64,000 nucleotides of DNA from Podarcis liolepis (lineage: Eukaryota), in NCBI GenBank assembly GCA_965112155.1, contig OZ218104.1. One strand, written 5' to 3'. Each line of letters opens with the position of its first letter. The first letter of the stretch is position 1. A program made the position numbers and the translations under genes. The notes beneath the pieces are model-generated. The model saw only the letters and a program-made list of their open reading frames with translations, was not told the DNA's origin and did not search any database. This document shows, in pieces, positions 36,101 to 46,963 of the stretch.

Positions 36101-36603
36101 CTCTAGAGAAACAGTTGGGAGCATTACCGTGATCTGCCACTTGTTCCTTTTAGCTCCCAAATGCAGATGATCCTTGACTCGCTTTCATTGCTGAATTGAA
36201 ATTCAATGTCATACAAGCCCTCCTTTTGGAAGGGTAAGTGGCAGAATATTCTTCTGCGGAATAAACTTCCTCTGCAGTCCCAATTTTAATTAAATTTGGG
36301 GCTGGGAAGTATCCAGAGTGTACTTTGAGTGCTCTTTGATTCTTCATTTGAAGGTGGTTCACAGATGGTGTGGCAGTTTTGGATTCAGCCCTCGGGACCG
36401 GATCCAGTTCCTGAGCCCTGAAATAAACTATAGTTCAAACTGCCTTTAACAGCCTTATCAAATCTGCAACCTTTTGCTTGCAAAGCAAGTGCTTTCCCAT
36501 AAAACTCTGGCCTGTACCATCCTTACATTTACGATTGTTTAGTTATACATGACCAGTCACTAGCAAATAGATTATGTATAATCATTGCTGTTTTGTCCTG
36601 CAG

Positions 36604-36692
36604 GTGCCATGGTTCAGAACAGAGTGAGAATACTGGGAAAGAAGAGCTGAACATACAGCATAAATTGATTATATAGGCTAACTGGAAAAAAA
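36604..36692 (+). other. CNOT1: 5' (UTR) part of CNOT1 exon 2; the ATG-containing remainder is presumed to lie in the gap
   Basis: Acceptor TTTTGTCCTGCAG|GTGCC. The first 34 CNOT1 codons (MNLDSLSL...QEIQH) are not found in sequenced DNA, and the adjacent gap is large enough to hold them. Confidence 0.7.
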
Positions 36693-36896
36693 NNNNNNNN
36701 NNNNNNNNNNNNNNNNNNNNNNNNNNNNNNNNNNNNNNNNNNNNNNNNNNNNNNNNNNNNNNNNNNNNNNNNNNNNNNNNNNNNNNNNNNNNNNNNNNNN
36801 NNNNNNNNNNNNNNNNNNNNNNNNNNNNNNNNNNNNNNNNNNNNNNNNNNNNNNNNNNNNNNNNNNNNNNNNNNNNNNNNNNNNNNNNNNNNNNNN
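36693..36896. other. Assembly gap (204 N)
   Basis: Run of N with A-tracts on both sides. Confidence 1.
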
Positions 36897-38658
36897 ATTA
36901 AAAAAAAGAAATTAAAAGGGTATCCACAACTTAGTTTGTATTGTTTATATTCCTACTTCTCACTACTTGATTGGTTTAGTTGCTAGAACAACCTTCCCCA
37001 ACCTGGTAATCTCCAGATGTTGTGGAGCCACAGACCATGTTAACTGGTTGATGTGATTTGTAGTTCAAAGATCTTACTATATTTTGCTTGCTGGGAGTTG
37101 ACAGTTGTCAAGTTTATTAAACTCTAAGTAGTTTTATATCTTATTTATCCTGTTATTTCATCTTTTTTTGTTTGTTTGTACCTGAATTGATTTACGACAT
37201 TGGCTTTAATTACTCAGTGGTCCTGTAGAGTTATTGCTCATTTCCATGTTTATAACAGTTCTTTTGAGTATTTAAAATCAGCCTGTCCTGACCTTCTTGC
37301 AATGTCTTGTAGTAATTTAATGCAAAATTAAATTGGCAATACTTAGTTCATTCTAGGGTGAATTTATTGCAAGTGTTATTACTGTCTGTTTTGCTTATTA
37401 AATGAAAATTGTTCATTCTAGCTTGTATTTTTCATAGTTACAAAAGTAGTTGCTTCTTTCTTTTTGTTGCCTCCAGGTCTGCATTTCTTTTTTGAATGGT
37501 TAGATTTTTTAAAAGGGGGAAAAAAGAATTGAGGCTGGTACTGGTGGTAGAAATGATGGTGAAAACAGTGAAGTGAACCTTCAGGTTTGCAGTTCCCTGC
37601 CCAGTGTGGCTAGTAATGTCATTTAATTCTCAACCTGGATGAGATGTGAAAAAGTGAATGTGGAAGAAGTGTAGCATGAAGTATAGTGACCTGAAGAACA
37701 ATTACTCCAGGGCAACATCTATGTGGCACTATATGCCCACGTTGTTGCTGCCCTAGTTTTCCTGCAAACTTTTGAAGCTGGCAGAGGGTTTTTGGTTAGC
37801 GGTGTGTTCTGGTCTTCCTCACTTGAAGGGTCTTATACTCAGTACTACTTAGAAGTATGCTACTTTGATCCTTGTTTACATCCAACTTTCAAATGATTTT
37901 AAACTGATTCTTTTGTAAAGTTTTAAATTTTCATTTTATAGTGTATATAATACGGAGAACAATTATAATAGACCAAAATTAAAACATGAAAAACAAAACT
38001 ATAAAATATGCGCATAGCAGGGGGAAATAAGACTTTTCATATTGCAAGCAGACCATAAGCGATGCAAAAAAAGAATTTGAGGATGACAGCTGCTAAAAAC
38101 AAAAATCAACAACCATAAAATACTTGAGTAGTTAGAGACCATCTAGGTAGACAGCTGGACCTTTGAACAGTAAAGGAGTCAAAAGCTGTCAAAAGGAAGA
38201 AAAGGTGAATGCAGAGAAGCTGAATGAATTCACAGCAGAAGATATAAGGAAAGCCCCTGTGCGTAAACTCACGTTTGCTCTTTCTTCATTGACAAAATAA
38301 GCTGTTGCATCTTCTTTAAAAGAAGCTACAAGTCAGCCCAGCCTGGATCCAGATGATATTAACTATAGGCCAGTGGCTAATGTTTCCTTATCAGTTTATT
38401 GCAGTGCACTATATGGGGTTCCCCTTGAAGATGGTTTGGAAGCTGCAACTGGTGCATAATATAGCAGCTAGCTAGGTTACTGCTGGGTGTTACTGCTGGT
38501 CCTGAAAGATTTTGTGCTGGTTGCCAATTTGCTGCTGAGCCCAGTCTAAGATGTTAATATAAAAAGCCCCAAACAACTGAATACTGGCGACAAATGAGAG
38601 GGCTGCCGCCCAGAGTGGCTGGGGAAGCCTGGCAAGATGGGTGGGGTATAAGTAATAA

Positions 38659-38660
38659 AT

Positions 38661-38703
<43 letters not shown>

Positions 38704-38728
38704 TTTCCCTCCCTCCCTCCCTCCCTCC
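38659..38728. repeat. Compound (TTTA)n(CCCT)n microsatellite
   Basis: Direct reading. Confidence 0.9.
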
Positions 38729-39071
38729 TGGGGTGTGTCATTGTAACATTTTCAGTGTCAGGTTAAGACATGCTTCTTTACCAAGCCTTTCAGGCAAGTG
38801 GATGCTTTCCCTTCTGCTGTATTGCTGCACTCCTGTTTTGTTGCTCTTGTGATTTTGTTTAGCTTTCTGAATTTAGCTTAGGATTTTAATGAACTATATA
38901 TTGTTTTCAACTGATATTTTGTATAAAATTTCCATGTCCATTTGGTGATGTGTGGGGCTGTAAGTATTTTTTAAAAAAGAAAATTATAAATAAATCCTTC
39001 CTCACAAAGTGATCAAGAGAGTAGGGGCCTGCTCATTCTAATTATTCTTAGATGAATCTGATTATCTAGAA

Positions 39072-39213
39072 CGGGGTCGGAAATCTCTGACCATCCAGAT
39101 GCTGCTGAACTATAACTCCCGTCAGTCGCAGTAAGCATGGCTAGTGGCCAGGGTCAGGGATGATAGGAGTTGTAGTTCAGCAACATCTGGAGCGCCACAG
39201 TTCCCCGTACCCG
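39072..39213. mobile_element. hAT-type palindromic MITE
   Basis: CCAGATGCTGCTGAACTATAACTCC / GGAGTTGTAGTTCAGCAACATCTGG inverted arms. Confidence 0.78.
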
Positions 39214-39465
39214 CTCTGATACGAAGTAAACAAACTGTGACTTGTTTGCTTGTCTGCGAGGTGAGTCATGGTCTGTTAAATAACATTAACCACAGTTTAT
39301 GTGCAAACACAGCCAATATGTGATTCATTGCACACACATTATCAAAAGACAGCACTGGCAAAAAGCTGCTTTCTCTTCTTCCACTGCTCAGTAATAAGCT
39401 TCCAGTGTCCTTTACGAAGCTTTAGGCAGGGAAAAATTATTTGAGAGGTGCTTTATCAGATTGTA

Positions 39466-39820
39466 GGGACGCGGGTGACGCTGTGGGTTAAACCACAGAG
39501 CCTAGGACTTGCCGATGAGAAGGTTGGCGGTTCGAATCCCCGCAACGGGGTGAACTCCCGTTGTTCGGTCCCTGCTCCTGCCAACCTAGCAGTTCGAAAG
39601 CACGTCAAAGTGCAAGTAGATAAATAGGCACTGCTCTGGCAGGAAGGTAAACGGCATTTCTGTGCGCTGCCCTGGTTCGCCAGAAGCGGCTTAGTCATGC
39701 TGGCCACATGACCCCAGAAGCTGTACGCCGGCTCCCTCGGCCAATAAAGCGAAATGAGCGCTGCAACCCCAGAGTCGGCCACGACTGGACCTAATGGTCA
39801 GGGGTCCCTTTATCTTTACC
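39466..39820 (+). mobile_element. Full-length Sauria SINE (lacertid type)
   Basis: tRNA-like head GGGACGCGGGTGACGCTGTGGGTTAAACC with B box GGTTCGAATCC; Bov-B-like tail ending GGGGTCCCTTTATCTTTACC; near-TSD TTATCAGATT/TTATCTGATT. Confidence 0.92.
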
Positions 39821-39989
39821 TTATCTGATTAGTTTTGAATTGTTTAGCCCTCTTATGGTTCCACAGTATAATAGGAGTTGTGATTCAACAACATCAGGAA
39901 GGCCAGAGGTTCCTAACCCAGATCCATTTCTGTTAGGCTTCTAACCTGGTTTGAAGCCAAAAATTACCCTGGTCATCCTGTAGGCTGAT

Positions 39990-41640
39990 CTTTGCTGGCA
40001 GATGGGAAATGGAACCTTGTTGATTCTCCTGGACCTCTCAGTAGTGTTCAGTGCCATTAATAATGATGTCCTTTCAGTTCAGCTGTCTGGTTTAAGTTTG
40101 AGAGGTACTGCTTGATGCTTGATCTGCAGAGTTCTATTCATTTGCCCACACTGTTTAACATCTTGATGAAACCATTGAGAAAGAGCATCTGAAGATTTGG
40201 TTCAAGGTGTCACCGGATTGAAGATGATACTCAGCTTTATATTTATTGCTCATCACATGCAAGTGAGGCTGTGCACACTGCTTGGGCATGGCAATGAACT
40301 GGATGAACTCTGAAAAACAGAGGTTCAGGGTGGAATTGAACATCACACTATGATGAATGTCCCTATTAGTACAAGCAATGCAGCTTGCCAGATGGAATGA
40401 TCCCCCCTCTTCTTCCTGTGCACTGTTTTGGGGATTCTTCTGACCTCCCCTTGCAGCCAATTTTGGGGGTAGGAGGAGGAGGAGAGCAAGGAAAGCCCTG
40501 TTGTGCAAGTGGAAGCCCTCTTGCCCATAGTCACAGAAGATTAGAGGTATTGATTGGTTCAGGGTGGTCCATTGCGTGACATAAGGCCTTGAGGCTTTTT
40601 TTGGCAGCCTCTGCAACATTTGACACAGACCCACCCCATTCCTCACACTGCCTTCCCAAAGCTGGTTAAGTGAGGAGCTGGGCTTTGGGAAGGAAGACTG
40701 AGGACTGTAACTATGTCTTAAGAGTTCTCCCGCCTCCTTCCCAAAGCTGGGAAAGAGCTAACAAGGCTTTGGAAGGAGGTGGCAGAACTGTAGGACCCTT
40801 ATAGAGATTCATGCCTCCTTTCCAAAGCCTGGCGCCTCACTTAGGCAGCTTTACGAAGGCAGAGTGGGGGGCAGCATCAAATTTTGGCCATGCTCCCATG
40901 TGTGCAACAAGGCAGAGCCCATGGGCTCTGTGTCAAATTACTATTGCGGCCCACTTGGTATGAAAAGTTGGGCTGCCCTGTTTGCTTGGTTTATCTATCC
41001 AGGTGAATAGTATTCAGCCTGTTCTAGATGGTGTTCTACTCTCCCTAAAGGATCAGGTGTACAACTCGGGGTGCTTATTGATCCAGCACTGGAGGCTCAA
41101 ATGATCTTACGACTCAAATTACCTATTCTCAGCTTTGGTGGATACACCAGCTTTGACCTTGCCTGAGTGTTGATGGCCACAACTGCCCATCCTCTGTTGA
41201 CTTCCCCTTTAGACTATTGCACTGCATTGTATGTGGGACTGCCTATAAAAATGGTCCAATAACTGTGGTTGGTTCAGAACAGGAGATCAAAGGTTTTAAC
41301 TAAGACTGTGCAGTTTGATCATATTATGCCTGTGCTTTGTTTAACTGCGCTGGTTCTCCATCTGTTTCCGGGGCTAATTTAAAAGTGCTGGTTTATAAAT
41401 GGCAAGCTGTGTACCTACCTGAACTTTAAGATCTTTTGGAGGCCCTGCTCCCGGTGCCCCCACCAAAATAAGTGAGGGCGGTAATCTTTCAGTTGCGATA
41501 CCCTGGTTATGAGACAGCCATCTCTGAGAGGCTTGTATTATCCCATTCATGTGGTCTTTTGGCCACCAGGTAAAATCTTTTGTTTCACTCAGGCCTTCTG
41601 AAAGAGTGGTGTGGTTTGGGCCTCTCAATTTTTAAAATAA
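39990..41640 (+). mobile_element. Degenerate L2/CR1-clade LINE remnant (interrupted)
   Basis: TTGATTCTCCTGGACCTCTCAG (LILLDLS RT motif), GATGATACTCAGCTTTAT (DDTQLY), TTAGACTATTGC (LDYC). Related pieces at 38270-38560, 49190-49500, 22720-23080. Confidence 0.6.
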
Positions 41641-42359
41641 TTGTTTTAATTTTGGGGTTGCTATTCAGTTGCCTTCTTGTTATATTTATGCTGCTTTTGG
41701 TTGTAGAACTTACTTTGTATTAAAATAGCTTTTATATTTAATATAAGTAACCCAGATAAATGACAAATCTTCGATTCTGGACTCAACAGGAATTACCTCA
41801 ATTATATGCATACTATGCAATATATTTAGGTTGCTTTTTATTTTATTTTGCTTAGTGCTAACATGCTCTACTTTAAAAGCAAGCAGATTTTCTGTTTATT
41901 AAAGAGTAATTTAAGTTATATCCTTTTTCATTTTTACAAAGTGGTTCTCAGCCCTCCCTGTTTTTCTGGGTCATTGGCCCATTTGAACCTCTGAAAGACT
42001 GCTAGGGTCACTTGCTGCTGTACTTGCTTCCCCCTTCAGTCTGGCTTGTCATGTTGCAGCTGACAAACCACGAGCATTAAACAAAGTTCATTTTTGGCTT
42101 GCCACTTGAGGTTTTTTTGGGAAAACAACTATGAGCCCAGGTTCGGATGACATCAGAAGTCAGACCCTGCAGCATTTAAGCAGTGTTTACCACCACACTG
42201 TTCAGTCACGTTAAACCAAAACTTGTTTAAACTGTAGTTTAATGTGACCTGGACACTGTGTGACTTTCCCTTATTTTCTCCTTTTTGCTACTAGCATGGA
42301 CCCTGCCAGAAAGCTGTGTGGCTCCTGTTCCTTAAGAGTGCAGCTGAAAGTGGTAGAAA

Positions 42360-42501
42360 CACTCAGTTAGAACATGGTGCTGATAAACACCAAGGTTGAA
42401 GGCCAATCCCCATAAGGAACAACTGCATATTCCTGTGTTGCAGGGGGTTGGACTAGATGATCCTCAGGGTCCCTTCCAATTCTACAGTTCTGTGATTCTA
42501 T
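42360..42501 (+). mobile_element. tRNA-derived SINE with CR1-like tail (Squam3-like)
   Basis: tRNA-like head followed by GCAGGGGGTTGGACTAGATGATCCTCAGGGTCCCTTCCAATTCTACAGTTCTGTGATTCTAT. Confidence 0.75.
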
Positions 42502-42557
42502 GTAGTTGCAAATGCTATGGTACCTCACTTCAGCTCTTTTGTTTTTCTTGCAACTAG

Positions 42558-42665
42558 ATTGTGAATCGGCACGGCCCTGAGGCAGACAGGCATTTACTAC
42601 GCTGTCTATTCTCGCATGTGGATTTCAGTGGCGATGGTAAAAGTAGCGGTAAAGATTTCCATCAG
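42558..42665 (+). CDS. CNOT1: CNOT1 exon 3
   Basis: [36 protein letters not shown]. Confidence 0.96.
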
Positions 42666-45600
42666 GTAAATTTTGTCCTTAGGGAATTTCCAATTCGTTT
42701 CTTGATTTTTAATTTTTACATTTTTTAATTCTACAATGCTTCCATCTTGTAGCGACTTACAAATTCATTGTGAAAATACATACAGTAAAAGCAGCACTGA
42801 AACTACTACTAAAACATCATACGTATGGATACATTTCAAACAGGCAGCACATTTACAACAGAACACTACTTTTAAAAGTCCCATAGCTAATTGATAGAGC
42901 ACATGCTTTTCATATAAAATGCTCCAGAGGCATCTCCAGGCAGGTATGCCAAGCACTCCTGCCTGAAACCCTACAAAGGTGCCTGCCAGTCAGTCTGTAA
43001 AAATGAGTTAGATGCACCAGTGACTTGACTCTGTATAAGACAGGTTCCTGTGTTCCTAAGTTTTAAAATATAGCTTGATTTTCTGCCCTGCAGTTAGTTC
43101 AAAAACTTCCTAAAACATTGTTTTTGTTACTCTGTAGAAATCTGGAAGGGAGTCAGGTAAGCACATCTTTCTGGGAGAGTTTAAAAGAGGCTCTACTCCA
43201 GAGAACACCTGTGCTTTTTTCAGATTGGCTTAGCCCACTTATGAGTACAAAAGTTGCATAGCAGTGTCATATCTGAATGCCAAGTCTGTGTATGTGTTGT
43301 ATTTGAACTGTTTCATATATGTGTTAATTGTTGGTATTATTAATTGCTTCAGGAGGCTTCATAGGAAGCTATTCATAAATGGAAATAACTGTACCCCTGA
43401 GTATTTCTAAGGTGGCTTGTAAATGTAAATAATCCCAACACATTTTAGATTTGTGAACTTCAGGAAATGTTAAAATAGAAGAGTTGAGCTACTTTTGAAT
43501 ACTGCTGTTCCTAAGGTCTTGTGTGATGGAACTTCATTTTTCTCAAGCTTTGAATGACGTAGTAACTGAGTTCAGTAACTTGAATTTTAGTCACAAGTTT
43601 AGTCACAAGTCAAGTCACTTGTTTGGCTTGTCTCTGTAAAATATTTCTTAATATTAGCTTCTATTTTGTTACTATGGATACAGTATTCAGATGATGTTTG
43701 TAATGACTAAGAATTGTGAATTGCGTTCACCTTCTTGAAAGACTAACCAAAATAGTTTAATCTGCCATCTCATCTTTATGATATCAAAATATTTGTCAAA
43801 TGTATCCTATAGTAAGAAGACAGTTTGAAGTACTTTAATATGCTTATATATTATGTTTACAGAAACAAAATCCTGGTAATATCTGGTAACTAGATCATAG
43901 GTGCCTCCCCCAAATCAACCAAAACTTTTGCTATAGCTGTCTCCTTTCTTTTCAGACGCAGTTTCTGATCCAGGAGTGTGCATCATTGATTACAAAGCCA
44001 AATTTTATTTCGACGCTGTCCTATGCTATTGAAAATCCATTGCATTATCAAAAGGTTTGTATGCAGTTTTAAAGTGCTGTTAACAAGAATGTTAAAAACC
44101 TATTCAGGTGTCAGTGAGCTAATTTTACAAAATGTACACCTATGTTCATTATTAACAAAGGCATTTTTAAGATTTACATCATGTAAATTCTGTACTCGTA
44201 AAATATCCAGGTAATTGACTTATTTTACATTTCTTTGCTCTGCAACACCCACTCCTCGTTGGGGCTTCTGTAGCAATTTACAGAACATTGTATGGTGGAA
44301 TTGGAGAATACTGGTAGTTTGGCAACAAATGATATTATCTTCAGAGAAGTTGGGAAGTACCACTAATGAGCAGAAGTTGATTTTATTTTTTCTGTAGAGG
44401 AACTTATGACACAGAGAATCTTTGTTTTGGTACAGTATTCTGTTAAACTGTAACATAAGCATCTCATATATAACTTTTTTCTTTCAGAGTCTTAAGCCGT
44501 CACCCCATTTATTCACTCAGCTGAGCAAAGTTATCAAATTAAGCAAGGTTCAAGAGGTGGGTTAAGTCCATAGATTTATCTTCCATGAAGTAGTCTGATC
44601 CCCTTTTAGTCTGACCATTAAAAATGTTGGCCATCGTTGCATGCTTTTTATGTGTGTTCTGTGAAGAAATGCCTCCTTTTGTCCAACCTGAATATCCCAA
44701 CATTCAGTTTCATTGTCTGACCCTGAGTTCTGGTATTATGAATGAGGAATGAATATTTGTCCAGTGACTTTTTCAACAGCATGCCTAATTTTATAGACCT
44801 CTATCATGTCCTTACCACCACCTCACCCCCCAACTAGCCCCAGTCATTGAAACTCTTTCTCACTGGGGAGTTCCTTCAGTTGATCATGTTACTTGCCCTT
44901 TTCTGCACTTTTTGTAGCTCTACAATATGCTTTTTGAGGTGTGGTGAACAGAATTTTACATGCTACTCTGAACACAGGCATAGATTTGTGTAAAGGCACT
45001 ATGATAGTGACAGTTTTAATTTTTATTTCCTTTCTAATTGTACCAATGAAATCTGTTTTCATTTTTTTGTATTTTTTTTATTATTAATTTTATAATTTGT
45101 AACTTCAACAATTATTGTTCATAAAAAACCAAACAAAAACAAGCAGAAACAGTAACAACAGAATATAAACAAAAGCATAAAACATTAACACTTTCATAAT
45201 CTGCTGTTTTCAGAACAGCTGCACTCTACACCAGTATTTTCATGAAACTGTCCGTCACAACTCCCAAGATATTTTTCCTGGTCACTCTCTCAATTCGGAT
45301 CTCATCAGTGGTTTTTTTAGGCTTTTGTTTATCACTTTTCACTTGTTTTATGCTGAACTGCATTTCCTTTTAAAATGTCCAGTCACCCAGTTTGGAGAAG
45401 ACCTTGTGGAGCACCATTTTGTTTTAATGCCCCAAATAATTTGATGTTGGCTATGAACTTGGCTACCTAAATATAGATCATTTATAAACAAATTAAAAGC
45501 ACTGGCCCCAATAGGAATCCTATGGAGGGACTGACATACTGACAGAATCTGAGGAAGGTTAACAGCTGGTAGTGCTCTTGGAAATGTTCCAACCATATTA

Positions 45601-46920
45601 AATAAGGTGTGGCATTAGTCACAATGATTTCCTGTCTATCATGCTTTAGAGTAGCAGCACTGCCAAGAACGTCACCCTCCAAATCCTAATCCACCTCATG
45701 GGCATCCATAGTGGGGTTTTTTTTTAACTCAGTGGGATGAGGAAAGTTGTGGGGAGGACAGTAGAGTTCAGCCCTGGTGTTTGTCTTTGCTAGTCTAGTT
45801 GCCAAACAGCTGGACTATGTATGTGATAGGTGATAATACAGTTCTTTCTTCTATTTGTAGGTTATTTTTGGCCTTGCTTTGCTAAACTCCTTCAACTCAG
45901 ATCTACGAGGTTTTGGTAAGATAAATTTGTATAGTATTATAGACACACATACCAGATTTTACTTCAGTTTTAGTATAATCTGATTCCTGAGTTGTCTATA
46001 AGAGACTTTAGTTTTCATCCTTCTCCTGGATTTAGTTGCTTAAGTTGTAGAATCCAAGGCCAGAAGGGACCACAGTGCAAGGTCCAGTTAACTCATTCAA
46101 GGATCATCCTTGTAGTTGCCTCCGCTGATGTTTGGAGGGAGGGGAAACACCCCAGATCTTGAAAATCTTGCCTGATCTTTGTGGCTAATAGAATGTTCTG
46201 AAGACATAAGATACAGCTCTCCTTGAGCCCTTCCAGAAAGGGAAGACAACATGGGAACCATATGTAAGCTGCTCTGAGCTCACAATATAAATCTAATACA
46301 ACACACCCACCCGAAAAATCTTAAGTGGTAATTAAGAAATATGAAATCTGCTTCCTTATGTCAGTTCTATTGATCTGGACTCTGAAAGTAGTTGATCTGC
46401 GGGTCACTGATCCAAAATATTCCCTCCTTTCTTAAGTAAATGAGGTAACTACAGGCAACAATTTTTCCATTAATCTGAGTTTCCTAGAACCACTTGTTAG
46501 TCCTGTTTAAAGTATATTTGGAAGTAAAAATTCTTAGGGTGTAATAGAAGCTGTATCTGGATCACCATTAGAATTTGAGTAGAGTCATGATAGGGCAGGC
46601 AGGTTTTAGGTGCAACCTAAGCAGGAAAAAGTGAAATTGGTGAAAAAGCCAAGCATGTATGCCTGGAGAAGTACCAGCTTCCACTTCTCCTTTCTTGTGC
46701 TTGTACCAAACAGTGTAAGGAAATGCAAGGTGGCATCAAGTGAGGTTGCATTCCAAGGCAGGGTGGTGCTGAGTTATTCTGACTGGTTGTTCTAGTATGC
46801 AACTGTCTATATACTGTCACACTTATTGTGTGACGATCAGAGCAGTTGGCAAGTGCTGTTGATAAACCAGAAGAGCAGATGCATAAACTTTTTTAAAAAG
46901 CAATTTAGTTAACTGCTTTC

Positions 46921-46963
<43 letters not shown>

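Noticed and set aside
39466-39545. tRNA gene
   Set aside because: The A/B boxes belong to the SINE head, which continues into the Sauria SINE body.
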